Shown here: positions 43,321 through 51,496 of the stretch, one piece after another | How the letters are laid out: every line of letters starts with the position of its first letter | How positions within the stretch are numbered: position 1 is the stretch's first letter | From: Anaerolineae bacterium | GTDB taxonomy: Bacteria > Chloroflexota > Anaerolineae > B4-G1 > DUEL01 | Direction of reading: 5' to 3' | NCBI GenBank assembly: GCA_034434635.1 | Contig: DAOTYX010000118.1 | Span: 1-57,996 of the forward strand | DNA length: 57,996 bases | Translations under genes and position numbers: made by a program | The notes under the pieces: model-generated | What the model was told of the DNA's origin: nothing | What the model saw: only the letters and a program-made list of their open reading frames with translations | The model's database searches: none

Positions 43321-46257
43321 TCAGCAGCCGGCTGGCGGCTGGCCTGCGGTCTCCCGTGACGGCTCCTCATCGCGGATGCGCAGCGTGGGATCGCCGTAGA
43401 GGATGAACGATGCCCACGTCACGTCGTTGGGGCGGGTCTGGCGAGTGTGAAGGCGGGCCTGACGCATGGCCTCGCCGATCATCTCGCCGCCCAGCAGGTG
43501 CTCGTAGAAGGTGACGGCGAATTCGGCGGCTCCCTCGTCGAAAATGGGCCAGAGCGTGCCGATGAAACCCAGCGCGCCGCCGAGGATGAAGGAAAGGGCT
43601 AACCCCTCCCCTTCGGAGCCGGTGTAGGTGATCTCCTCCTCTGCTGCCTCCCGGCCCGACTCACAGGCGTTGAGGAAGACCAGCGGGCGGCCGCGCAGCA
43701 TGCGCTGGATGGTGTCGGCGATGAAGACGCTGCCGTCGGCCAGCACCAACCCGCTCTCGTTCGGCGTCTCGCGGTTGTAGAAGGCGTGACCGCTGTAGTG
43801 GATGACGTCATACTCGCCGCTGCGGAACGCCTGATGGAGGCGGAGGTTGGTCACCTCTGCGCCCTTCCAGACGGTCGCCTCCACCCCCTGCAGGCGGCTC
43901 ATGATGAGGTCCACCTCCCGTTCGCTGGCCGGCAGGTCGCCAGCAGGGTTGGCGATGAACAGGAAGCGGAGCCTCTCAGCGCGCCGGTACTCGTTCCGGC
44001 GCGGGAAACGGTTCATAATCGGCATGCGGGCAACAGGGTTGCGCATGCACAGGAAATCCTCTCCGGTGTGCAGCAATTCCCACGGCAGTTCCAGGTCATC
44101 GGTGGCCAGCAGGACCGAGGTCTGGGCTTCGCGCAGATGCTCCTGGATGGGGACGGGAAGGAACAGGCCGTACATCATGTCGCCCAGGGAGGCCAGGGAT
44201 TCGATGGCGCTGCGCATCCTGAGTTGGGTGCGCGGCCCGCGCATGCCGCCTTGCGTGCCGAAGAGCAGGTTGATCACCGTAGTCAGGTCGTCAATGGCCT
44301 GGCGCAGGTCCACCCGATCCTTGTACCCCACCTTGATGTCGCCCTTGATGGAGCCGGCGTCCCCCCAGCCGCTGCCGGAGATGTTGAGGATGACGTTGTA
44401 GCGGGTGACGTCCCCTTTCTCCGGCACGCGGGCCAGGGAGAGGGTGGTCTTCAGTTGGAGCGCGGCGGCCAGGGCGATGCGTCGCTCCAGCCCTTCACGC
44501 AGTTCGGTGAGTTGTCGGCGATCGAGCGGCGAGAGGCAGGTCCAGGCTTCCTCCCAGGCCTGGCGCTGAGCAGCCTCCTGGGCCCGTTGGAGCGCTGTGC
44601 GCCACTCTTCCAAAGTGCGGCGCTCGGCCTGCACCAGCAGACCGTGCCGTTCGGCGTTCTGCAGCGCCTCTTCCAGCGTCTCCACGTCCACCTGTGCGTC
44701 GGCCAGGCGGGCAGTGATTTCCTCTTCTCCTGCGGACGGCGCGGCGGGGGCGCGGGCGCCCAGTCTGGCGGCCACACGCGCCTGCAGCCGCTCCGGCGGT
44801 TCGACCTCTGCCAGAAGCGCCTCGAGCGGCGCGGCGTCCGTGAGCCGGCGCAGCGGATCCACGCCAGCAAGGCGGGCCAGAACCTGCGTCGTCGCCTCCT
44901 GTTCGGCGGCCAGGGCCGGGTCGTTGAGCAGAGCCAGGCGGGCCTGGAGGGTAAGGTACTCCTGGCGGTAGCGCTGGAGCACGGTGAACAGTTCGTCAAT
45001 ACGATGGTCGGTCTCCTGCAGGGCAGCGACCTGACGGCGCAGGGCGGTCAGCGCCTGTTCCGCCTCGTCGAATCGCTGGCCGGCCTGGGTGTAGTCGCCG
45101 GAGCGATAGGCAGCCAGGCCGGCGCGGATCGTCGCCTCGACGGCCTGCTGGCTGGCCCGCACCCCCTTCAGTTCGACGTGGGTCAGGGCGGAGGTCTCGC
45201 TGGCGATCTGCTTCAAGGCGGCGGAGAGGCCCGCGCCGCGCTGGACAATCTCCTGTCCCAACCGTTGCCGTTCCACAGCGTCCTGGCGCAGCCGGGGGAT
45301 ATCCACCCCTTCCAGCCGGTCCAGAGCCGCCTGAACCGCGGCGAAGGTCTGTTGCGCCGCCTCCAGGTTGCCGCGCTTGCGTGCGCCCTCCCCGGCCTTC
45401 AGTCGAGCGCGGAGGTCGCTGATCTCCCTGCGGACCGACGAGAGGTCCACAGCCAGACCGGTCAGGCTCTCGTCCACGGCTTTGACCCGCGCCTCGAGTT
45501 CGCGGCGCTGTCGGTCGAGGTCATCGCGCTGCTGTTCCTTGCGCTGTTGCTCTTCCAGGAGTTCCGCCACGTGTTGGCGGAGCGCTTCCGCGTCCTCCTG
45601 GGCGAAGCGGCTGGTGAGCAGGGAACGGGCCCGCTCCAGGTCACCGGCAGCCAGGGCGCGCCGTCCGGCTTCCAGGCGGGCCTGTACGCTGTGCCGGGCG
45701 GCGGTCACCGCGGTGGGGTCCGCCAGGGGTGCCTGGCGGAGTGCCTTTTCGGCTTCCTGGAGGACGGCGACCAGGGGAGCCTCTCCCTGCTGGAGGATCT
45801 GCGCCCGCTGTTGACGGTCGGCCTGGAAGGCGGCGAGGTGCTGCTGGAGGGCGGAGACTTCTTGCTGTGGGGCAGGGCCGGTGAGGAGGGTGCGGGCACG
45901 GTTGAGGTCCTTCGCGGCCAGGGCGCGACGGCCGGCGTCGAGGCGGGCGCGCACGGCCTGCAGGCAGTTGCCGAGGGCGGCGGGGGCTGGCTGGCCCGCC
46001 TGACGCAGCGCCTGTTCCGCCGCCTGCACCGCCCCTGCAAGGAGCGCGACGGCCTGTTGCACCTCGTCTGCGGCGGCCGTCTCGGCGGTCAACGGCGCGC
46101 CGCAGTGGCGGCAGAAGCGGCGTCCTGGCGGATTGGCAGTGGCGCAGCGGGGACAGTTCAGCCCGCCCGGCGCCGCTGCGGCGGTCAGCCGCGCGCCGCA
46201 ACGGCGACAGAACCGGTTACCCTCCCGGTTCTCGGTTCCACAAGAGGGACACTTCAC
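43321..46257 (-). CDS. Double Zn-ribbon + helical repeats + CHAT (caspase-like) protease, 978 aa
   Basis: CPSC..CRRC and CPRC..CRHC; LDDLELPWE-like DDLELPWELL; catalytic IHYSGH and VFLNACESG; TLWPIFD; WASFILYGDP. Confidence 0.92.
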   Translation of the reverse strand: MKCPSCGTENREGNRFCRRCGARLTAAAAPGGLNCPRCATANPPGRRFCRHCGAPLTAETAAADEVQQAVALLAGAVQAAEQALRQAGQPAPAALGNCLQAVRARLDAGRRALAAKDLNRARTLLTGPAPQQEVSALQQHLAAFQADRQQRAQILQQGEAPLVAVLQEAEKALRQAPLADPTAVTAARHSVQARLEAGRRALAAGDLERARSLLTSRFAQEDAEALRQHVAELLEEQQRKEQQRDDLDRQRRELEARVKAVDESLTGLAVDLSSVRREISDLRARLKAGEGARKRGNLEAAQQTFAAVQAALDRLEGVDIPRLRQDAVERQRLGQEIVQRGAGLSAALKQIASETSALTHVELKGVRASQQAVEATIRAGLAAYRSGDYTQAGQRFDEAEQALTALRRQVAALQETDHRIDELFTVLQRYRQEYLTLQARLALLNDPALAAEQEATTQVLARLAGVDPLRRLTDAAPLEALLAEVEPPERLQARVAARLGARAPAAPSAGEEEITARLADAQVDVETLEEALQNAERHGLLVQAERRTLEEWRTALQRAQEAAQRQAWEEAWTCLSPLDRRQLTELREGLERRIALAAALQLKTTLSLARVPEKGDVTRYNVILNISGSGWGDAGSIKGDIKVGYKDRVDLRQAIDDLTTVINLLFGTQGGMRGPRTQLRMRSAIESLASLGDMMYGLFLPVPIQEHLREAQTSVLLATDDLELPWELLHTGEDFLCMRNPVARMPIMNRFPRRNEYRRAERLRFLFIANPAGDLPASEREVDLIMSRLQGVEATVWKGAEVTNLRLHQAFRSGEYDVIHYSGHAFYNRETPNESGLVLADGSVFIADTIQRMLRGRPLVFLNACESGREAAEEEITYTGSEGEGLALSFILGGALGFIGTLWPIFDEGAAEFAVTFYEHLLGGEMIGEAMRQARLHTRQTRPNDVTWASFILYGDPTLRIRDEEPSRETAGQPPAGC

Positions 46258-46820
46258 TGCACTGTCCAGACCACCGATCCGCTGATACTCACACCCATCT
46301 GCACGCTGATCTGATTATGGTTGCAGTCGTCTGCCCTGAGGTCATAGGAGCCAGGTGGAATGGCGGTGAATGTGCGGCTGCCGCCGGGGGGGATGGTCTC
46401 AGAGGAGCCCAGTTGGTCGCTTCCCCAGGTGGACTCAGTGGAGGGCGAGATGTAGACGTAGCAGATCGTCTGGCCGCTGGCGTTCTGGAGGGTGAGGGTG
46501 GCTCCGGACACGCCGGGCTGGGGTTGCGGTTGAGGTTGCGGTTGGGGCTGAACGATGGGCGGCTGGAAGTCGGAGCAAATCGTAAAACCGCCGACAATGG
46601 CGATACAGGCGACCACTCCTAACCCGATCAGGACCACGGCAGCCACAGCGACATAAATCCACACCTTCGAGCGGCCCTGGCGCGGCGGAGCGGGCGAGAG
46701 GTCCACCGGAGCGAATGGCGCAGGCTCGCCGGAGGGTGGAGGGATAGCCGCGCCACAGACGCCGCAGAAGCGATCTTCCTCATGTTCCAGCACGGCACCG
46801 CAATTGGGGCATGTCGCCAT
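46254..46820 (-). CDS. Zn-ribbon + single TM + (PQ)n linker + extracytoplasmic beta-sandwich protein, 188 aa
   Basis: CPNC..CGVC; TM VWIYVAVAAVVLIGLGVVACIAI; QPQPQPQPQP; GTGA overlap with the CHAT gene. Confidence 0.85.
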   Translation of the reverse strand: MATCPNCGAVLEHEEDRFCGVCGAAIPPPSGEPAPFAPVDLSPAPPRQGRSKVWIYVAVAAVVLIGLGVVACIAIVGGFTICSDFQPPIVQPQPQPQPQPQPGVSGATLTLQNASGQTICYVYISPSTESTWGSDQLGSSETIPPGGSRTFTAIPPGSYDLRADDCNHNQISVQMGVSISGSVVWTVQ

Positions 46821-47002
46821 ATCCTGACCTCCTCTCAGGCCTCCTGCGCCCTACGGCGCTTGTCGGTTGAGGGACTCAGCCAGGGCGCGGGAGCGACGGG
46901 CGGATGAGGACAGTATAGCACAGGCTGGGCGAGAAGTCAAAATGCGGTGCTGGCTGCCGACCGCACCTGTCAGGAGGCCGTCCCCCCGGCGGAGAGCCGG
47001 GG

Positions 47003-48256
47003 TCATCTCGCTACCGTGAGGGGCAGGACGAAAAGGGCCACGGTGATGACGGCGATCATCACCGTCAGCCCCCCGACCAGCCAGTTCTGCACACGCCGGT
47101 TAGCCCACTCCCCCATCACCCGCCGGTCGTTCGCCAGCACCAGTGCCAGCACCAGCAGCACCGGCAGCAGGATGGCGTTCAGCGACTGCGACAGCCACAT
47201 AATGGGGAAGAGTGGGATCCCCGGAATCAGCACCACCAGGGCGCTGAAGGCGATGATGGCGGTGTAGAGGCCGTAGAAGATCGGCGCGTCACGCAGCCTT
47301 TGGTCCAACCCGCGCTCCCAGCCGAAGGCCTCGCACACGGCGTAGGTGGTGGAGAGAGGCAGCACCGAGGCAGCCAGCAGCGACGCCCCCAGCAACCCCA
47401 CGGAGAAGAGATAACGCGCCCCGGCTCCGGCCAATGGCTCCAACGCCACCGCCGCCTGCTCTGCCGTCTCCACGGAGATGCCGTGCACATAGAGCGTCGC
47501 CGCGGTGCAGATGACGATGCAGGCAGAGACGATATTGCCCCAGGCGGCTCCGACGGCCACGTCGAGCCGGGTGTAGCGATATTCCTTCAAGTCCACCCCT
47601 TTGTCGGCCACAGAGGCCTGTATGTAGACGATTCCCCAGGGTGTGACGGTCGTGCCGATGGTGGCCAGGACAGCCAGGATGTACTGGGGATTGCTCTGGA
47701 AGGTAGGAATGACCGCCTGGCGCAGGATCTCCTCCCACGGGGGGTGCAGGATGAAGGCCGAGACCACATAGCTCAGCGCCGAGAGGCACAGCGCCAGCAG
47801 GACTTTCTCGACGTGGGTGTAGGAACCGCGCAGCACGATGAAGCCCACCAGCAACGCCGCCAGCGGGACGGCGACATAGCGGCTGAGGCCGAACATCTCG
47901 GCGCCAGCGGCGATGCCGGCAAACTGGGCCACCGTCGTGCCCAGGTTGGCCAGCAGCAGGCAGAGCATAGCGAAGGCCGTCACCCGCACACCGAAGCGCT
48001 CGCGGATCAGGTCGGCGGTCCCTTTGCCGGTCACGGCCCCCATGCGGGCTGCCATCTCTTGCACGATCACCAGGCCCACAGCCATTACCGCCAGCAGCCA
48101 GAGTAAGTGGTAGCCGTAGGTCGAGCCGGCCATCGAGTAGGTAGCGATGCCGGGCGCATCGTTGCCCGCGTTGGCAGTGATCAGGCCAGGTCCCAAGATG
48201 GCCAGGAAGAACCATATCCGCCGCAGCACGGAACCGGCACGGGATTTCAGGGTCAT
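47003..48256 (-). CDS. NRAMP-related divalent metal (probably Mg2+) transporter, ~417 aa
   Basis: LGPGLITANAGNDAPGIATYS, QEMAARMGAVTGKG, IGTTVTPWG; lacks the DPGN motif of MntH; ATG 48256. Confidence 0.85.
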   Translation of the reverse strand: MTLKSRAGSVLRRIWFFLAILGPGLITANAGNDAPGIATYSMAGSTYGYHLLWLLAVMAVGLVIVQEMAARMGAVTGKGTADLIRERFGVRVTAFAMLCLLLANLGTTVAQFAGIAAGAEMFGLSRYVAVPLAALLVGFIVLRGSYTHVEKVLLALCLSALSYVVSAFILHPPWEEILRQAVIPTFQSNPQYILAVLATIGTTVTPWGIVYIQASVADKGVDLKEYRYTRLDVAVGAAWGNIVSACIVICTAATLYVHGISVETAEQAAVALEPLAGAGARYLFSVGLLGASLLAASVLPLSTTYAVCEAFGWERGLDQRLRDAPIFYGLYTAIIAFSALVVLIPGIPLFPIMWLSQSLNAILLPVLLVLALVLANDRRVMGEWANRRVQNWLVGGLTVMIAVITVALFVLPLTVAR

Positions 48257-48275
48257 CGGAGGCCTCCTTCGCCGG

Positions 48276-49535
48276 TCAATACAGGCGCGGCAGACGCTTC
48301 TTCCACGCCGTGGGCAGGATCGTGTCCACGGCATCGTCCACAGTGACAATGCCCAGCATCTCGCCCGTCCGGCTGTCCACTACCGGGACGGCCAGCAGGT
48401 CGTACTTGGCCATCAGGTAGGCCACATCCTTCTGCGAGGCGTAGGGGTCGACGGTGACCGGCGATTCTTCGGCCTCCTCATCAAGTGGGCGGTCGGGTTG
48501 GGCCATGACCAGGTCGCGCAGACTGACCACGCCGCGCAGGCGCCGCTCGGGGTCGAGGATGTACACGTAGTACATCGCCTCGTCGTCCTGGGCATCGGGC
48601 GACCTCCGCAGGTAGTCCAGCGCTTCGGCGGCGCGCAGGCCCACCGGCACCCAGGCGAACTCGGTGGTCATGATGCCGCCAGCGGAGTCCTCGGGGTAGC
48701 CCAGCAGTGCCTGGACGTCCTCGGCGTCCTCGTCCTCCATCAGGTCTAGGAGGCGGGCGCTGGTCTCCGTCGGCAGATCGGCCAGCAGGTCGGCCGCCTC
48801 GTCCGGTCCCATCTCCTCCAGGATGTCGGCAGCCCGTTCGGGGGCCAGTTGGGAGAGGGCGGCCACCTGGACCTCGGGAGGGCTTTCCTCGAGGGTGTCG
48901 GCCAGGGTCTCATTGTCCAGCCGGGAGAGGAGGGCCTGACCGGTCCTGCGGTCCAGGTCGTTGAGGATCGCGGCGATGTCGGCGGGCGGCAGGCGGCTGA
49001 TCCTCTCGCGCGAGATGCGCAACCGCAGCGGGTCGCCGTGCTGCAGGGGGGCGACGTCCTCCCAGGGGATCACGCTCTCGGGCAGGCGGCGGCGCAGGCG
49101 GCGGGCCAGCGCGACGGCGGGCCGCTCGACTCCCAGGCGCCGCAGCAACCCCCGGCCGCCCACGTCCACGCCGGTCAGGCAGAAGTGGTCATTCACCCGC
49201 GCGATCTGCAGGTCATTGACCCGCACCACGCGCCGCCCCTCGGTGTCCACGACCTGGCGGTCCAACACCCGCTCGCCAAGCGGCAGGACCTCGCCGTGCG
49301 GCGTGTAGGGGGTGATCTCCTCCCTGGGGACTCTGAGCACGACTTCGGGGAACAGTTCGCTGATCTGCTCGGCGGGGATCAGATGGGCTGGCGCGCCGTG
49401 GTCCTTCAGCACCAGCGCCACAACGGGGGGGAACGGCTGTTCCAGGTTTCCCACCAGGATGTCGGCGCACCGCCCAACGGGGCGGCTCCAGGCATCCCAA
49501 ACCTTGCGACCTCGGACCTGGCTCAGGTACAACAT
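48276..49535 (-). CDS. PRC-barrel + MgtE N-terminal + CBS-pair protein without TM domain, 419 aa
   Basis: LDRQVVDTEGRRVVRVND, PADIAAIL, MGPDEAADLL, YPEDSAGGIMTTE, YDLLAVPVVD, GIVTVDDA; ends WKKRLPRLY with no TM. Confidence 0.9.
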   Translation of the reverse strand: MLYLSQVRGRKVWDAWSRPVGRCADILVGNLEQPFPPVVALVLKDHGAPAHLIPAEQISELFPEVVLRVPREEITPYTPHGEVLPLGERVLDRQVVDTEGRRVVRVNDLQIARVNDHFCLTGVDVGGRGLLRRLGVERPAVALARRLRRRLPESVIPWEDVAPLQHGDPLRLRISRERISRLPPADIAAILNDLDRRTGQALLSRLDNETLADTLEESPPEVQVAALSQLAPERAADILEEMGPDEAADLLADLPTETSARLLDLMEDEDAEDVQALLGYPEDSAGGIMTTEFAWVPVGLRAAEALDYLRRSPDAQDDEAMYYVYILDPERRLRGVVSLRDLVMAQPDRPLDEEAEESPVTVDPYASQKDVAYLMAKYDLLAVPVVDSRTGEMLGIVTVDDAVDTILPTAWKKRLPRLY

Positions 49536-49587
49536 GGGCTCCTCCTAAGGTGGGCTGTATCCCCGAGACGCCACCGGCCAGGCACGG

Positions 49588-49617
49588 AAAAGGGGCCGCG
49601 GAACGGAGTGCGGCCCC
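49588..49617 (-). terminator. Intrinsic-terminator-like hairpin in the leader of the Mg2+ transport operon
   Basis: GGGGCCGC-actccgttcc-GCGGCCCC-TTTT, about 50 nt before ATG 49535. Confidence 0.65.
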
Positions 49618-49650
49618 TGGCGGCTCACCACACCTCAGGAGGAAAGGCCG

Positions 49651-49749
49651 TCAGGCCGCTCCGCCGGACTCCTTTTGGGACGTGCAACGTTTTGACGGGT
49701 CTGCGGCGTCCTGCTTTGTCTCGTTAGTTTCTCTGGATGATTCAGACAT
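49651..49749 (-). CDS. Candidate 32-aa leader peptide (uORF)
   Basis: MSESSRETNETKQDAADPSKRCTSQKESGGAA*; weak SD; the stop abuts a putative antiterminator strand. Inference only. Confidence 0.3.
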   Translation of the reverse strand: MSESSRETNETKQDAADPSKRCTSQKESGGAA

Positions 49750-49812
49750 CGCGTCTCACACGGCCTCGGCACGGCGAGGCTCTCTGGGCAAACATGAGCC
49801 CACAAGGAACGT

Positions 49813-49840
49813 ATTATACCCGAGAGCGTGGGCTTGTCAA
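49813..49840 (-). promoter_or_regulatory. Consensus sigma70 promoter of the MgtE(N)-NRAMP operon
   Basis: TTGACA (49840-49835), 16 bp spacer, TATAAT (49818-49813). Confidence 0.85.
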
Positions 49841-49850
49841 TCGAAGGGTG

Positions 49851-49908
49851 GTAGGACAACTGCGAGCAGTTGTCCTACAAAGCGGCCAGTCCGAGTTGGG
49901 ACACACCC
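49851..49908. repeat. REP-like palindrome, copy C
   Basis: gtaggacaactgc-ga-gcagttgtcctac plus right outer arm ttgggacacacc; left outer arm absent. Confidence 0.88.
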
Positions 49909-49947
49909 GTGGTAACTGCTGAGGTTGGCGGCTATTGCAGTTTGGCG

Positions 49948-50105
49948 GTAATTACCTGCCCGGCTGCCCGCCACCGTGTGCCGATTGGAAATCGGCCTTT
50001 CTGGGTGCCTGCGGCGCCAGGCGTCGGCCTGCGCCGACGCGGAAACAGCGGTCGGCGCAGGCCGACCGCAGGCCGAAGGCCTGAAGCGGGCGACTTCAGT
50101 CGGCG
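49948..50105. repeat. ~160-bp composite extragenic repeat, copy 1
   Basis: 54/56 identity over the first 56 nt with copy 2; hairpins GCCGATT-GGA-AATCGGC and GTCGGC-GCAG-GCCGAC; ends ttcagtcggcg. Confidence 0.88.
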
Positions 50106-50117
50106 GCAGCGCCGCTG

Positions 50118-50702
50118 CTATCGCCGGTGGGTCCAGCGGCGCCACCACGGCTCACGCGGCGAAGGCACAGCGGATGGTTCGATCTCGGAAGCAGGGAAGG
50201 GCGACGGCCGATGTTTCGTCGTCTTCTCCAGCGCCGCGAGCCGCTGCTGCAGCGCGTCCCGCTCGGCGCGCAAAGAGGTGACCAGCGCTGTTAGCCCTGC
50301 CACCTGGGTGCGGAGGGCGCCGTCGGTCAGACAGGCGGACTGATAGGCCTTCAGGAAGTCCCAGACCCGGCGTTTCATCACCGCATACTGCATCTCCATC
50401 TGACGCATGCGGCGCACCAGAAGGTCCAGTTCGTCCCGCGCTGGCGCATCATCCTGCTGGATCAGGGCGCGCGCCTTCTCTTCCAGAAAGGCCCCCAACC
50501 CCAGGGACAGCAAAGCCACGAATGCCTCTCCCCGGGGCCATTCCTGCTCTCTGGCCACAGCCTGAATCTGCTCCACCATCTCGGCGGTCAGATCTATGGA
50601 GACACGTACCAGGCCGCCAGGGAAGTATTCTGCCTCGAAATCCGCCGCCGGTATCTGGGCGCTGATCTCATCCAGCAGGTTTTCGCGGTGACTTTCATCC
50701 AT
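50118..50702 (-). CDS. Putative ribbon-helix-helix + coiled-coil protein with Trp/Arg amphipathic tail, 194 aa
   Basis: VRVSIDL-TAEMVEQIQAVAREQE-WPRGEAFVALLSLGL pattern; heptads; C-terminal PWWRRWTHRR; AGGAGA SD. Confidence 0.7.
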   Translation of the reverse strand: MDESHRENLLDEISAQIPAADFEAEYFPGGLVRVSIDLTAEMVEQIQAVAREQEWPRGEAFVALLSLGLGAFLEEKARALIQQDDAPARDELDLLVRRMRQMEMQYAVMKRRVWDFLKAYQSACLTDGALRTQVAGLTALVTSLRAERDALQQRLAALEKTTKHRPSPFPASEIEPSAVPSPREPWWRRWTHRR

Positions 50703-50719
50703 CGGGTGTTCTGTTCTCC

Positions 50720-51496
50720 TCAGGTAAAGGCCGTACCGTCCGGTCCGCCGAAGAAGAGGGAGGCGCGCCGTGGTGCGTCTCGCTCGTCATCTGTCATTTC
50801 CTCGTGGCGGTACTGCCAGGTCTGCTTGCGAGCATATTCGCTCAGCGCCACCGAGAGCCGCTCCAGCCTGGCTTCGGTCGCGCCAACCAGAAAGCGCGCC
50901 TCGTCGGGATGGTCCGCCGTTGCCCGTTCGAGCGCCTGGCGCAGGTGGGGCAGGCAGAGGCCATCCGACGCGCCGTAAGATTCGCGGAAATCGGGGTCGG
51001 CGCAGCCCATGACCAGCCAGTGCATGTACCGTTCTTCGGCGTCGGTGCAGTGGACACACACGCGGCATGGTTCAGATGGGCTGATGCTGGTAGGTCGCCG
51101 GGCCGGCCCGGCCCATCCAAAGGCAGCCTTCAGGCGGGTCCACCCTCGCTGCCACCAGTGGGTGCACGGTTGCTGGGGGGCACGCAGGTGTGCTTCGAAA
51201 TGGCGCAGGCCACCCATCACGCGGTGAACCAGGTTCTCATAGATGATGCTGACGCCCAACCCGCTGCCGAACTGGCTGATTTCGGTGTGATAGAGTTGCC
51301 AGGTGTGCTCCGGACAGAATCCCAGGCTTCGCAGCAGGTGCACACGCGTGGTCACGTCGTTCACGTTTTCCCAGAGCAGGCGGAAGATGTAGCGATCGGC
51401 CACCCTGCGCTTGAGATGGCAAATCGGGCACCCCGGCTGGCGAAACGCCTCCCTGAGTTCGATCCAGGTCAGCATCGGGATCTCGTGATCGTTCAT
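50720..51496 (-). CDS. DUF6062-like protein B (two CxxC...CxxH units), 258 aa
   Basis: ATG 51496 (ATGA overlap); CPIC...ENVND...GFCPEH; CRVC...GLCLPH. Confidence 0.8.
   Translation of the reverse strand: MNDHEIPMLTWIELREAFRQPGCPICHLKRRVADRYIFRLLWENVNDVTTRVHLLRSLGFCPEHTWQLYHTEISQFGSGLGVSIIYENLVHRVMGGLRHFEAHLRAPQQPCTHWWQRGWTRLKAAFGWAGPARRPTSISPSEPCRVCVHCTDAEERYMHWLVMGCADPDFRESYGASDGLCLPHLRQALERATADHPDEARFLVGATEARLERLSVALSEYARKQTWQYRHEEMTDDERDAPRRASLFFGGPDGTAFT

Noticed and set aside
43786-46314. 842-aa plus-strand ORF, and similar long antisense ORFs (5808-8015, 16096-17805, 22854-24578, 26870-28888, 30310-32112, 38618-40528, 52241-54016)
   Set aside because: Shadow ORFs opposite well-supported genes, expected at this GC content; no recognisable motifs or SD.
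46515-46552. (PQ)n hexamer repeat as a contingency locus
   Set aside because: In-frame unit with mixed codons; an ordinary extracytoplasmic linker.
49620-49810. M-box (ykoK), yybP-ykoY or c-di-AMP riboswitch ahead of the Mg transport genes
   Set aside because: No UAGGUGAGGCU or other signature; only scattered short matches (CUGAAUC, ACCCGUCA).
49635-49859. 74-aa ORF in the Mg-operon leader
   Set aside because: Starts upstream of the promoter inside a REP element; no SD.
25472-49878. The three GGACAACTGCGAGCAGTTGTCC palindromes as CRISPR repeats
   Set aside because: They are 9-15 kb apart and isolated; this is REP-like dispersion.
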